From Candidatus Kuenenia stuttgartensis (lineage in GTDB: Bacteria > Planctomycetota > Brocadiia > Brocadiales > Brocadiaceae), in contig NZ_LT934425.1 in assembly GCF_900232105.1 (NCBI RefSeq), forward strand, positions 3,870,001 through 3,902,000: 32,000 nucleotides of DNA, read 5' to 3'. Shown here piece by piece: positions 9,474 to 19,656 of this stretch; the stretch's first letter is position 1; every line of letters begins with the position of its first letter. The notes beneath the pieces were generated by a model. That model saw only the letters and a program-made list of their open reading frames with translations. It was not told the origin of the DNA and made no database searches. A program made the position numbers and the translations under genes.

Positions 9474-9529
9474 CACGGCGCTCCACCGGAAGGCGGCGAA
9501 GTAGTTGCTGGTGAGCTTTGACATTAGGA
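9468..9529 (+). repeat. attC-like site 2 (candidate integron cassette boundary), more degenerate
   Basis: GCATAACACGGCGCTcCACC ... GGTGAGCTTTGACATTAGGA; GCTcCACC/GGTGAGC pair with an extrahelical C; hicB stop codon sits in the left core. Confidence 0.45.
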
Positions 9530-9569
9530 GTTTTTCGTATAATGACGGTGCAACATAACACGGGTGGGT

Positions 9570-9719
9570 ACATTCCCGATTTTTTGTAAAAAAGCAATTA
9601 AGGGGTAATAGTAACTCAAGCTTCCGGCTCGAGTTACAAATATCACAAGCAGGATGCTTGTGGTACAGTACTAGTGTGCCGACAGGCAGGTGTAAAGAGT
9701 TACAAAAAATCGGGAATGT
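9570..9719. repeat. ~150-bp inverted-repeat (MITE/REP-like) element with internal hairpins
   Basis: 20-bp perfect inverted repeat ACATTCCCGATTTTTTGTAA (9570-9589) / TTACAAAAAATCGGGAATGT (9700-9719); internal GTAACTC/GAGTTAC (9611-9617/9631-9637) and CACAAGC/GCTTGTG (9644-9650/9656-9662). Confidence 0.75.
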
Positions 9720-11550
9720 TCCTGTTTTGAGAATTGCAAAGCAATGAATAAAGCCTGTTTGTCCCGTAATGCGCCACATATAAAAACACATATTCTCTGA
9801 TAAATATCCTTAAATCCCATCCCTCATAATGATTCTTTTCAAATGCTTCTAGTAATTTTTCTGAATCTTCAATACCAAGTCCTTCGTCAACCGTGTAATA
9901 ATAATTTAACGCAAGATCCCATTCAGGATTCTTATAGTAGGTAACGCCAAAGGTATTATTTTCTTTGGTTACTGGCGCATACTTGCAGAGATCAAATGTG
10001 CCGAATCCTATCGAATGTACAAATTCTTTATTTTCCTCCAAAAATTGTATTGTTTGTTGTGCGTCTTCATAGGACTCTCCCGGAAAACCGAAAAAGCCCA
10101 TTACATGATTCCATATGCCGGCATTAGAAGAGATTTTAAGCATTTTGCGCATAATATTTGTAGTTGTTGACTTATCCATTCGTTTTAATATCCGTTCACT
10201 TCCTGACTCAAAGCCTAAATGCAAATACTTGCAACCGGCATTTGCAGCAGTTTCCCAGATTTCTTCATTTGTTAAACTATTTTCAAATCTTAAATGGGTC
10301 ATCCATGCAATGTTCATGTTGTTTTTTATCAATGCATAAGAGAGTTTTTTAAATAAAGCCGGAGGGTATGATTCGTCGGGAAAGTGAAAATTATGCGTGT
10401 GATACTTGTTTTGAAGATAATGGATATCATTAATAATCTGGCTGATCTTTTTTGCCCTGTAGCCGGCGGTATACCCCTCTCCATGATCACAGAATTTACA
10501 ACGCCCCCAATAACAGCCCCTTGTGGCAACGTAAGGGAGGATTAATTCTGGGACAAAATATTTTTCTAATGGCAAACCATCGAAATCAGGAACAAGCAGT
10601 CTTGTTACATCTTCTGCCATTATTAATGGAGAAGTATGTATGCCTGACGCATCTCTGAATATTACGTTTGGAACGGTTGCAAGATTTCGTGTAGTACCGA
10701 GTGTCTCAACAAGCTTAAGCAACGCGGTTTCTCCTTCAAAGACTATGGCACTATCGAAAACAGCAAACAGATCAGGCTTTTCCGGCAATATGTCACGAAG
10801 CCGCGTTATCGTATTTCCGCCGATGGTGATGTGAATATGTGGAAAATCTTCTTTGATAAGTGAACAAAAAGTCAATGAAGATATAAGCTGTTGCTTGAGA
10901 ACGATTGAAATTCCAATAATGTCCGGATTTTCTGCGTGTATAGACGGTTGCAAAATCTGCTTATAAACATCCCTGTAAACGTTTACCTGAGCATCTTTTA
11001 TTGCTTTCAGAAGCTCTGAGGATATAAAAGTGTTATAGGGCAGTGTTGTTTCCATTGGTGGCAGGCGAATAATTGCAGGGGCGTATACAAGTGAGATGAA
11101 GGAAGTTACTTCGTGGAAAATATTGATAGCCCATTCAAGTTTTTTTACATCAAAAAAATCCGGGGAAGTTACGATCTTTTTTGCTTCTTCAGCATGTTGC
11201 GACAATTCTTTAATACGGGCTTTTGTACAACCGGTTAATGCCTGTTTAATTGATCTGTCATTATCATCCAATCCTAACAGCGCCGATTTATTTTTCAATC
11301 TTTCTAATTGTTTCGGCGCCTTTTCAAAAATAAGTTGAAGACCGTTACTGCTGAAAAACCAATCATACATCTCAAGATTTACATCTTTTTGAACGACAAG
11401 ATGGCCTGCAGACCGCAAGACAGCAGTAAGAGAGGGAAGGCTTAAATATGGTTCAGAAGGAAACCAATCCGGTGGAAACACCAACATTATTTTCTTTGTG
11501 CGATGACAGGCATTTTTATCGCCCATGGTATATAATGACATTTTATGCAA
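9700..11550 (-). CDS. B12-binding-type radical SAM protein
   Basis: ~616 aa; N-terminal KIMLVFPPDWF...LPSLTAVLRSAGH, DIIGISIVLKQQ, central PYVATRGCYWGRCKFC SAM [4Fe-4S] motif, HLGFESGSERILKRMDK, MGFFGFPGES. Confidence 0.85.
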   Translation of the reverse strand: MHKMSLYTMGDKNACHRTKKIMLVFPPDWFPSEPYLSLPSLTAVLRSAGHLVVQKDVNLEMYDWFFSSNGLQLIFEKAPKQLERLKNKSALLGLDDNDRSIKQALTGCTKARIKELSQHAEEAKKIVTSPDFFDVKKLEWAINIFHEVTSFISLVYAPAIIRLPPMETTLPYNTFISSELLKAIKDAQVNVYRDVYKQILQPSIHAENPDIIGISIVLKQQLISSLTFCSLIKEDFPHIHITIGGNTITRLRDILPEKPDLFAVFDSAIVFEGETALLKLVETLGTTRNLATVPNVIFRDASGIHTSPLIMAEDVTRLLVPDFDGLPLEKYFVPELILPYVATRGCYWGRCKFCDHGEGYTAGYRAKKISQIINDIHYLQNKYHTHNFHFPDESYPPALFKKLSYALIKNNMNIAWMTHLRFENSLTNEEIWETAANAGCKYLHLGFESGSERILKRMDKSTTTNIMRKMLKISSNAGIWNHVMGFFGFPGESYEDAQQTIQFLEENKEFVHSIGFGTFDLCKYAPVTKENNTFGVTYYKNPEWDLALNYYYTVDEGLGIEDSEKLLEAFEKNHYEGWDLRIFIREYVFLYVAHYGTNRLYSLLCNSQNRNIPDFL

Positions 11551-11692
11551 GAGGTATCGTTAAACGCATCTGTTTTTAGAGAAATCTAATATAACATCTT
11601 AATAGCGGTATGGTGGGTGGCACTGCCAAACTTGTTTGTCAGTGAAATTCCGCAGGAGACGGAATTCAGGCAATATACTTATAATGCAAGGT

Positions 11693-12262
11693 CTAAGGAC
11701 ATCCGTTTCTGCGATAGCACTCGTCTTTGAGTACTGCTATATAGGGTAAATTTCTATATTTGTTATTATAATCGAGGCCATAACCAACAACGAAATCATC
11801 TCCCACATTAAAACAACAATAATCAGGTTTAATTTTATTTTGACGTCTTCCGCTACGGCTTAAAAGCACACAGCTTTTCAAGGAAGCAGGGGCATATTTT
11901 TTAATATCTGCTAAAACTTTTTTCAACGTATTTCCCGTATCAACAATGTCATCTATTACTAAAACATGTTTGCCTTCAATATCAATTTTAAAATTATGTA
12001 TAATATTGACCTCCCCTTTCGATATAGTCGAATCACCATAACTTGAGGCGTCTATGGTGTCCAATCTTATTGAAAAAGGAATATGGCGAATCAAATCTGC
12101 AAGAAATACGAGACTTCCGTTAAGTATTGCAATAATCGTCCATTCTTTATTTTGATAAGTATTAATCAAAGTATTTGATAATTCGACTAATTTCTCCTTA
12201 ATTTGTTTCTCGCTGATTACGACCCGTGCAACATCCTTTTCCACGTCATTTATCCTCCACAC
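11693..12262 (-). CDS. hpt: Hypoxanthine phosphoribosyltransferase
   Basis: AILNGSLVFLADLIRHI, HVLVIDDIVDTGNTL (PRPP loop), VGYGLDYNNKYRNLPYIAVL. Confidence 0.92.
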   Translation of the reverse strand: MWRINDVEKDVARVVISEKQIKEKLVELSNTLINTYQNKEWTIIAILNGSLVFLADLIRHIPFSIRLDTIDASSYGDSTISKGEVNIIHNFKIDIEGKHVLVIDDIVDTGNTLKKVLADIKKYAPASLKSCVLLSRSGRRQNKIKPDYCCFNVGDDFVVGYGLDYNNKYRNLPYIAVLKDECYRRNGCP

Positions 12263-12360
12263 ACTCGTTGAATAAACAGATAATTAAATAAACGGTTTAT
12301 AAATGTAATACTATCGTATTATTCTGTAAAAAATTCTTTTTTGTAGGGGGTTTTGCATCT

Positions 12361-12377
12361 CCTCCTTGTGAAGGAGG
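12361..12377. repeat. Short palindrome CCTCCTT-gtg-AAGGAGG
   Basis: 7-bp perfect inverted repeat read directly; possible terminator or part of a dispersed intergenic repeat. Confidence 0.4.
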
Positions 12378-12425
12378 GTAAAGAGGAGTGGTTCTCTTTC
12401 GTTGCGATTTTGCTGTGCTGTGAGA

Positions 12426-13139
12426 TTAATCTCGATTCCTTCTTTCCTGAGTAAACTGTTGTAAAATAAACCTTTCACTTGTTGCCTCTTCAACCATTCC
12501 AAGTTTATCATAAATTACATGCAGAACACTATGTGCTTTTTCTGCTTTCGGATTCAGCATTATTGTTTTTTTTAACGCAGCAATTGCTTCATCATACATA
12601 TTATTTTTGTAATAGCAGACGCCCAGGAAATAGTGTCCGTCTTCCAGTTCCGGATTAAGCGCTATTGCTTTTTTACATGCCAAAAGAGCTTCATCATGAT
12701 TTTCCATCAGACTATAGGCAACCGATAAGTAAAGGTGTGCCTCCGCTTCTTTTTTGACGTCTTTTTTAGAGGAAAATAAATCAATAGCCGTTTTATATTC
12801 TTGTATCGCCTCCATGGTCATTTGCTTTGCCATATATGCAAACGCAATGTTATAGCGGACCTTTGGCTCTTCAGGATTAAGTTCAATAGCGCGTTTTAGT
12901 TCTGTTAGCGACTCGTCTATCATCCCTTTTGTGTAATAGGCTACGCCTAAACCATAATGGGCATCATAGTGATTCTTATTTATTTCCAATGCCTTTTTAA
13001 ATGCGTCAATTGCTTCATCGTATTTTTTTTGTTCAAAAAAAGAAAGCCCTTTTTTATTAAACGAGTCAGCTTTATTGCCGCAACCGATAATTAAAATACA
13101 AAAGAGTAATGATAGGTATGATAATTTACGTATAAACAT
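12426..13139 (-). CDS. TPR-repeat lipoprotein
   Basis: Signal peptide with lipobox LFCILIIGC; repeated ALEINPNxxxAHYxLGxxYxxxGxxDEA units. Confidence 0.85.
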   Translation of the reverse strand: MFIRKLSYLSLLFCILIIGCGNKADSFNKKGLSFFEQKKYDEAIDAFKKALEINKNHYDAHYGLGVAYYTKGMIDESLTELKRAIELNPEEPKVRYNIAFAYMAKQMTMEAIQEYKTAIDLFSSKKDVKKEAEAHLYLSVAYSLMENHDEALLACKKAIALNPELEDGHYFLGVCYYKNNMYDEAIAALKKTIMLNPKAEKAHSVLHVIYDKLGMVEEATSERFILQQFTQERRNRD

Positions 13140-13457
13140 GATGTGGTTTTAGGGTGCCAGAGAATAGGGGACGTTTTAAAAAACAGCATATAAAAGTTTT
13201 TTATAGAAAAAAATATTCTAACCTCAAGACGCTATATTTTAAAGGATATATTTTTTATTGTGAAAACTAGCAAGAAAAAATAAATCTACGATTGATTAGA
13301 GAGAAGAAGAAATCCATGTTATTTACAAAACAATGCACATACAATAAACACATTTGGAGAGGTAATTGTATGAAGAGATAGGAAGGGGTGTATTGTCTTA
13401 CAAATAAGGTATTAACGAGAAGAAACCATACAAAGGGTGAGGAAAGTTACTGACATA

Positions 13458-13466
13458 TTATCCACA
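13458..13466 (+). promoter_or_regulatory. DnaA box TTATCCACA
   Basis: Exact match to the canonical 9-mer, ~400 nt upstream of dnaA. Confidence 0.55.
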
Positions 13467-13769
13467 ATTGATTTCCCGCTTTGAGAGGGTAGAGAACAGG
13501 AACTGTGCGCGGGATAATTTGCGGAGCGACTTGGAGGGGTAAATGGATATCGCGAAGGCAAAGCAGCGATAATATGATGTACTGATACGACTTATGGAAC
13601 CTCAAATACAACGGCGATAAAAAAGTGTGGTGAGGAAGTGAGAGAAAAAAAATTATTTCCATCTTTTTGAAGTAGCGGGCATTTTGTTTAACTATGTGAT
13701 ACCTGCAAGGGTTGCATTCGTTTCAGTGGTATGCCAAAAATTTTGGGTAAAAAAAGCACCGGTTTTTTT

Positions 13770-13798
13770 TTGACACATAAAAACTCTTTTGATACTAT
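13770..13798 (+). promoter_or_regulatory. Sigma70-type promoter for dnaA
   Basis: TTGACA (13770-13775), 17-bp spacer, TACTAT (13793-13798), 70 nt before the ATG at 13869. Confidence 0.6.
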
Positions 13799-13868
13799 CT
13801 CAATCCTTCGCGTACGATTGCGTATTCACAATCCAACCAAAACAAGCAACAAGAAATTAGGAATCACA

Positions 13869-15218
13869 ATGGAACCTTGTTCAAAAATATGGGATGATAT
13901 TCTTGAGAATGTCAGAGAGAAATTAGGCCCATTACGATTCAATCTGTGGTTCAAAAATACCCGTCTTGAGTCAATAGGTGATGCTTACGCAAGCATTGCC
14001 GTTCCTAACGTATTTACCCAGATGTGGCTGCAGGAGAATTTTTCCGGTTTGTTGAAAGAGGACATAGGGCGGTTTCTGAAGAGGAGCGACCTTGATGTAC
14101 GGTTTATACTGGACAACAAGCAGGAGAAAGAGATCGTATTGCCGGAAAAGCCTGATGTTGTTGATGAGAAGGGTGCGTATACGGGGAGGAAAGCACTGGG
14201 GTTAAACAAGGGTTTGTTGCTGGAGGATTTTGTGATAGGCCCCAATAACCGGCTTGCATATACGGCGGCCCTTGAAATGATAAAGGAGGAGTATCCGCCC
14301 TTTAATCCCCTTTTTATTCATGGGAATGTAGGGGTGGGGAAGACACATCTGCTTGTGGGGATATGGAATCGGGTCAGGAAAGAGCAGACGGTGAATGCGG
14401 TGTATATGTCTGCGGAGAAGTGGACGAATGAGTTTATCTATGCATTGCAGAAAGGGAAGATGGAGTCATTTAGGCAGAGATACAGGAATGTGGACGTATT
14501 TCTGATAGATGACGTTCATTTTTTATCCAACAAGCAGGGAGTGCAGGAGGAGTTTTTGCATACGTTTAATGCGTTGTATGATTCGTCAAAGAGGATAATA
14601 TTTGCGAGCGATGCCCATCCGAAGCAGATAAGCCAGTTGAAGGAGAATTTGGCGAGCCGGTTTATGTCGGGTATGGTGGCGCGCATAGAGAGGCCGGAGT
14701 ATGCGACGAGGTTGTTGATATTAAGGACGAAGGCATCGAAGTACGATGTGTATTTTCCGGAGGAGGCGCTGGAGTATATTGCGGAGAAGTTTGATGATAG
14801 TGTAAGAGAGGTGGAGAGCGCCTTGGTGACGTTGACGGCGCATGCCAGGTTTAATGACAGAAAGATAGACATTGCGTTTGTCAAAGATGTGTTGAAGGAG
14901 TTCTTTTACGGCGACGACAAGGTAGTAAAGGTGGAGGAGATAGAGGGTGCGGTGTTGCGGCATTTTAACATAAGCCGCAGTGACCTTCATTCGAGCCGGA
15001 AGGCGAAGACGGTATCGTTTCCGCGTCAGATATGCATGTATTTAATAAAAAATCAGTTGGATTGGTCGTATCAGCAAATAGGGAATTATTTTGGCAACAA
15101 GAAACATACGACAGTGATATTTGCGATAAAAAAAATAAACGAAGAATTGAAAAAAGATGACCAGTTTAAATCGTTCCTCGATATACTTATGGAAAAAATT
15201 AAAAAAAGTCGTAAATAG
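13869..15218 (+). CDS. dnaA: Chromosomal replication initiator DnaA (start MEPCSKIW; track's 13731 start is upstream of the promoter)
   Basis: IWDDILENVREKLGPLRFNLWFKNTR, NPLFIHGNVGVGKTHLL, FLIDDVHFL, C-terminal HTH QICMYLIKNQLDWSYQQIGNYFGNKKHTTVIFAIKKI. Confidence 0.96.
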   Translation: MEPCSKIWDDILENVREKLGPLRFNLWFKNTRLESIGDAYASIAVPNVFTQMWLQENFSGLLKEDIGRFLKRSDLDVRFILDNKQEKEIVLPEKPDVVDEKGAYTGRKALGLNKGLLLEDFVIGPNNRLAYTAALEMIKEEYPPFNPLFIHGNVGVGKTHLLVGIWNRVRKEQTVNAVYMSAEKWTNEFIYALQKGKMESFRQRYRNVDVFLIDDVHFLSNKQGVQEEFLHTFNALYDSSKRIIFASDAHPKQISQLKENLASRFMSGMVARIERPEYATRLLILRTKASKYDVYFPEEALEYIAEKFDDSVREVESALVTLTAHARFNDRKIDIAFVKDVLKEFFYGDDKVVKVEEIEGAVLRHFNISRSDLHSSRKAKTVSFPRQICMYLIKNQLDWSYQQIGNYFGNKKHTTVIFAIKKINEELKKDDQFKSFLDILMEKIKKSRK

Positions 15219-15302
15219 ACCCTGAGAATGGCGCATGATGTCGAATTAAAAAACAGTGTTAAGCACATTAAAGATGTAATTATTCCTGTAAATTAGATAT
15301 TT

Positions 15303-16370
15303 ATGAGTTTAGGCGAGATAAAGAAAAAATTAGAAGAAGACGGCGTGGATGGGTTTTTAGTCACGAATGAGATAAATATCAGATACATTACGAATTTTAA
15401 AGGTTCTGATAGTGCTCTTTTAATAACACCGGGAAGCGACTATTTATTCACTGATTCCAGGTATATAGAACAAGCACACCAGGATAATCCGGAAATAAAA
15501 ATAGTAGAAAGAAAGATATCATTGACAAATTCGATATGTGGAAAGATTAAACAACTTAAAATAAAAAAACTTCTCGTCGAGTCTTTATATATTTCAGTAG
15601 ACCAGTTTAATGAGATTAAACAAAGAATAAATAACATTTGTATGCTTACGGTAAAAGGAATAGTAGAGAATTATAGAAAGCAGAAAACAAAGGATGAATT
15701 AGAAAAAATACAGAAGGCTATAGGGATAGCGGAAAAAGCATATACAAATGTTCAAAGCAAAATAAAATATGGCATTACTGAAAAAGATATAGCGGATATT
15801 TTAGAATATGAATTGAGGAAACAGGGCGCGGAAAAAAGTTCATTTGATATCATATGTGCCGTTGGTAAACATGCATCAAAGCCGCACGCACGCCCTTCAA
15901 CAACCATGATTCAAAGAGGGGATACCGTTTTAATTGATTGGGGAGCAAGATTTCAGGATTATAATTCTGACTTGACAAGACTTAAGACCATGGATAGAAT
16001 ATCCCCGAAATTCCGAAGGATATATCAAATAGTGCTTGATGCACAATACCTTGCAATTGGAAGCATAAGGCCTGGCGTAATAGCAAAGAAAATAGATGCC
16101 GTTGCAAGGGGTTATATTGAGAAAAAAGGATTTGGAAAGTATTTTGGTCACGGTTTGGGTCACGGAGTAGGGCTAGAAGTTCATGAAGCGCCATTTATTA
16201 ATAGGAAAAGCAATGAAATATTAAAAGAAGGCATGGTTTTTACTGTAGAGCCAGGCATCTATATTCCCCAATGGGGAGGTGTTAGAATAGAAGATTTGGT
16301 ATTGGTTACCTCGACGGGATGTGAGGTGTTGAGTAAACTGCCTAAAAAGTTATCGGATATTGACGAATGA
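15303..16370 (+). CDS. M24 family aminopeptidase (Xaa-Pro aminopeptidase/dipeptidase type)
   Basis: N-terminal creatinase-like domain; VLIDWGARFQDYNSDLTR, GHGLGHGVGLEVHEAP, EGMVFTVEPGIY. Confidence 0.92.
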   Translation: MSLGEIKKKLEEDGVDGFLVTNEINIRYITNFKGSDSALLITPGSDYLFTDSRYIEQAHQDNPEIKIVERKISLTNSICGKIKQLKIKKLLVESLYISVDQFNEIKQRINNICMLTVKGIVENYRKQKTKDELEKIQKAIGIAEKAYTNVQSKIKYGITEKDIADILEYELRKQGAEKSSFDIICAVGKHASKPHARPSTTMIQRGDTVLIDWGARFQDYNSDLTRLKTMDRISPKFRRIYQIVLDAQYLAIGSIRPGVIAKKIDAVARGYIEKKGFGKYFGHGLGHGVGLEVHEAPFINRKSNEILKEGMVFTVEPGIYIPQWGGVRIEDLVLVTSTGCEVLSKLPKKLSDIDE

Positions 16371-16589
16371 TTTAACGTGTTCATTGCGGAAATTCTGCAA
16401 GACCCTTTTTAACAATAGCCTATATTTATTATAGAAAAGCTATTCATTCAGTAGCCCATCGTTTAATCAATCCTTTATCTCTTCACGTAAGCCCGAAATT
16501 TATTTTTTACACATGAAACAATTCGTAATAAGAGATGCTATTTTCGCTTTACTATTTGATAATTACTAAATTTTATATAGGGAAAAATA

Positions 16590-17060
16590 ATGGACATTAT
16601 AGAGAAAGTAAAGCAATTGATAAAAATTATGGATGAGAGCGAGTTGTCTGAGCTCGAAATTCAAGAGGAAGCGACAAAAATAAAAATAAAAAAGGGGATC
16701 TCCGGGTATTCACAAACTATTTCTCACCAGACAATTCCACCATTATATCCGGCGCAAGCCCAACAGATAGAACAGCCATTCGCAATTTCCCGGGAAAATG
16801 AAAGCTCTTCTGAGATTTATTCGCCCATGGTGGGAACATTTTACCGTTCTACTGCTCCAGGCGAGAGTCCTTGTGTTGGAATTGGTGATTTCGTAAATGA
16901 AGAAACCGTTGTTTGTATCATAGAAGCAATGAAAATTATGAATGAAGTAAAAGCGGAAATGGTAGGTGAAATTATTGAAATATATGTACAAGATGGGGAG
17001 GCCGTTGAGTATGGGCAACCGCTCTTTCGCGTCCGACAGACAAAGAAAGCGACGATATAA
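16590..17060 (+). CDS. accB: Acetyl-CoA carboxylase biotin carboxyl carrier protein
   Basis: 156 aa; C-terminal lipoyl/biotinyl domain with [13 protein letters not shown]. Confidence 0.95.
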   Translation: MDIIEKVKQLIKIMDESELSELEIQEEATKIKIKKGISGYSQTISHQTIPPLYPAQAQQIEQPFAISRENESSSEIYSPMVGTFYRSTAPGESPCVGIGDFVNEETVVCIIEAMKIMNEVKAEMVGEIIEIYVQDGEAVEYGQPLFRVRQTKKATI

Positions 17061-17101
17061 GTGGACTCGAATCATTTCAAATAATTAAGGAAGAAGGAAA
17101 T

Positions 17102-18448
17102 ATGTTTTCCCGGATAATGGTTGCAAATAGAGGTGAAATTGCTTTGAGAATCATTAGGGCATGCCGCGAAATGGGGATAGAGACTGTCGCTGTTTGCTCA
17201 AAATCGGATGCAAATGCCACTTATTTAAAGCTAGCCGATATCGTAGTGTGTATTGGACCTGCTGATGCGGAAGGTAGTTATTTAAATATTCCGAGCATCA
17301 TCAGCGCTGCAGAGATCACGGATATAGAAGCAATCCATCCTGGGTATGGTTTTTTATCGGAAGTGAGTCATTTTGCGGAAGTTTGTGAATCGTCAAATAT
17401 CGTATTTATTGGCCCGAAATCTGATGCATTGAGGAAGCTTGGCAATAAGACTGAAGCAAGGAAAATTGCAATAGAAAACAAGGTCCCTGTTGTTCCCGGA
17501 AGTTTGTCTGTAATAAAAAGTCAGCAGGAAGCGTTAAGCGTTGCACATGAAATAGGTTTTCCCGTAATCATTAAAGCTTCTTTAGGGGGCGGTGGACGGG
17601 GAATGCGGGTAGCTCATAATGATATAAGCCTCATTAATTCATTGACTATTGCCCAAAGAGAGGCTAAGGCTGCATTCAAGGATTCGTCTATTTATATAGA
17701 AAAATATATTGAAGATGCACGTCACATTGAGGTGCAAATAGTTGGAGATAATTACGGGAATATTATACATTTGGGCGAAAGGGACTGCACCATGCAGCGA
17801 AGACACCAAAAACTAATCGAAGAGTCCCCTGCACCATACATTACCGATCGGGCGCGGGAAGATATTTGTAAGGCTGCCATAAAAATGGCAAAATCCATTA
17901 ATTATACAAATGCCGGAACTGTTGAATTTTTATTAGATAAGGAAAATAATTATTATTTCATAGAGGTGAATACACGTTTGCAGGTAGAACATCCGGTTAC
18001 GGAAATGGTGACGGGAATAGATTTAGTGAAATTACAAATAAAGATTGCCAGTGGAGAGAGATTAAATATTAAACAGAAAAAAATTCGCAGTCAGGGGGTT
18101 GCTATAGAATGCAGGATCAATGCAGAAGATCCTTATAATGATTTTCGGCCGCAACCGGGGAAGATCACAAATTATCATCCTCCAGGAGGGAGAGGGGTTA
18201 GGGTGGATTCTCACATTCACTCCGGCTATGAAATCCCGCCGTACTATGATTCATTAATCGCTAAGTTGATTGTACATCAAAACACACGTGAGGAAGCAAT
18301 TGCCTGTATGCGTAGGGCATTGAGTGAATACGTTATCGAAGGAGTGAAAACTACCATTCCGTTACAATTGGATTTAATAACACATCCTCAATTTGCAAAT
18401 GGGAATATAAATACAAATTTTGTCGATAATCTTATGGCAAAAACTTAA
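17102..18448 (+). CDS. accC: Acetyl-CoA carboxylase biotin carboxylase subunit
   Basis: [57 protein letters not shown]. Confidence 0.97.
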   Translation: MFSRIMVANRGEIALRIIRACREMGIETVAVCSKSDANATYLKLADIVVCIGPADAEGSYLNIPSIISAAEITDIEAIHPGYGFLSEVSHFAEVCESSNIVFIGPKSDALRKLGNKTEARKIAIENKVPVVPGSLSVIKSQQEALSVAHEIGFPVIIKASLGGGGRGMRVAHNDISLINSLTIAQREAKAAFKDSSIYIEKYIEDARHIEVQIVGDNYGNIIHLGERDCTMQRRHQKLIEESPAPYITDRAREDICKAAIKMAKSINYTNAGTVEFLLDKENNYYFIEVNTRLQVEHPVTEMVTGIDLVKLQIKIASGERLNIKQKKIRSQGVAIECRINAEDPYNDFRPQPGKITNYHPPGGRGVRVDSHIHSGYEIPPYYDSLIAKLIVHQNTREEAIACMRRALSEYVIEGVKTTIPLQLDLITHPQFANGNINTNFVDNLMAKT

Positions 18449-18483
18449 ATGGTAATTTTATTGATTTGGAAAACAATTTTTAG

Positions 18484-18512
18484 TTGACACAATAAAAAAA
18501 CCATGCTAGTGT
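18484..18512 (+). promoter_or_regulatory. Possible sigma70-like promoter ~350 nt upstream of the tetrahaem cytochrome gene
   Basis: TTGACA (18484-18489), 17-bp spacer, TAGTGT (18507-18512). Confidence 0.35.
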
Positions 18513-18866
18513 ATGCATCTACGTCCGATTATTCATTTCAAAAATTGCGATATGATGGCTTACTAAGCATAAGGGGTGTAATTATTTGAGATAAGGCTTG
18601 GAAATGTTTTTCAGCAAGCACCGCAATTCTATGCATCATTAAACTTCATATATACTTAGTTTCTCGATCTAATTCTTCATAAGTGGTAAAATTAATGGGT
18701 TTGGCAGATGTACTAAAGATAAATTATCATTAAAAAGGTTTGTGGTGATGCTATACGAGTATCGATTGTTGTGATTGGGTTAAGTTTTATTGTTTTAGGA
18801 GTTTCATATTTTTTAAGATTTTAATAGTTTAAGGTTATTTTTTGATTATGTGAAAGGAGCATTTAG

Positions 18867-19577
18867 ATGTTAAGAGGAAGAGTTTACAAGTCATTATTTG
18901 GTGGTTTGGTAATTTCATTTTGTTCTATTTCATTTGCAGTATCTGCGAAAGCAGCTGAGCCTAAATTTGTTAGTAATGCCGGCTGTAAGTGTCACATGTC
19001 TAAGGGATGTTATGAAGGGGAAGAATACAAAGAGAGATTGCATTCAAATACTTGGGAAAAAAGGTTGCAGGGGACAGCGGACGAAGATAATCCTGAATGT
19101 TTGAAGTGTCATGCAACGGCTGTGGGAGCGAAAATTAAGAAAAAATTTGGGGATAAAAAATATTTGCCAAATGTGCAGTGTGAGGCGTGCCACGGTGCCG
19201 GAGAAGAATATGAAAAGGTGAAGAAAAACTATCAGGGAAAGGGAAAGGACGCCTTTAAAGAATTGTTAAAGAAAGACCCTCTTCTTGCAAGAAAAGCACA
19301 ATATGACGCCGGCTTGATTGTTGCGGGCATAAATGGACCTGCTACGGTGAAAGAACAATGTCTGCAATGCCACTGGGAGAGCGCTGATGCTAAGAACAAG
19401 TGTCCTAAAACAGATAAAGTGATGGATTATAAAGAATATTTTAAGAAGGATGACCACCGCGACGAAGATGATATTGACCTTGTAATTAAGAAGCTCTCTG
19501 ATGCAGATAAGAAGAAATGGGCGGACATCTTGCCTAAAGACGATATGCTTTATTTGCCCTATAAGAAAAAACATTGA
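18867..19577 (+). CDS. Multihaem cytochrome c with contracted CKCH motif; likely ortholog of Kuenenia KsTH (kuste2854), proposed electron donor to hydrazine synthase
   Basis: Signal peptide; CKCH (18984-18995) plus CLKCH, CEACH, CLQCH; located directly in the hzs cluster. Confidence 0.88.
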   Translation: MLRGRVYKSLFGGLVISFCSISFAVSAKAAEPKFVSNAGCKCHMSKGCYEGEEYKERLHSNTWEKRLQGTADEDNPECLKCHATAVGAKIKKKFGDKKYLPNVQCEACHGAGEEYEKVKKNYQGKGKDAFKELLKKDPLLARKAQYDAGLIVAGINGPATVKEQCLQCHWESADAKNKCPKTDKVMDYKEYFKKDDHRDEDDIDLVIKKLSDADKKKWADILPKDDMLYLPYKKKH

Positions 19578-19656
19578 TGGGTTTTGAGTTGTTACTTGAG
19601 TTATTATATCCCGATGGGTACCCCCAGTGTGGGAAAGGGACAGGAAGAGAAAGATT

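Noticed and set aside
12311-12511. 66-aa minus-strand ORF between hpt and the TPR gene
   Set aside because: Covers an intergenic palindrome and the 3' end of the TPR gene; amino-acid composition looks like translated repeat.
18450-18866. Sigma54 promoter upstream of the CKCH cytochrome gene
   Set aside because: Candidates such as TTGGAAATG...CAGC and TTGGCAGATG... do not keep the GG-N10-GC spacing.
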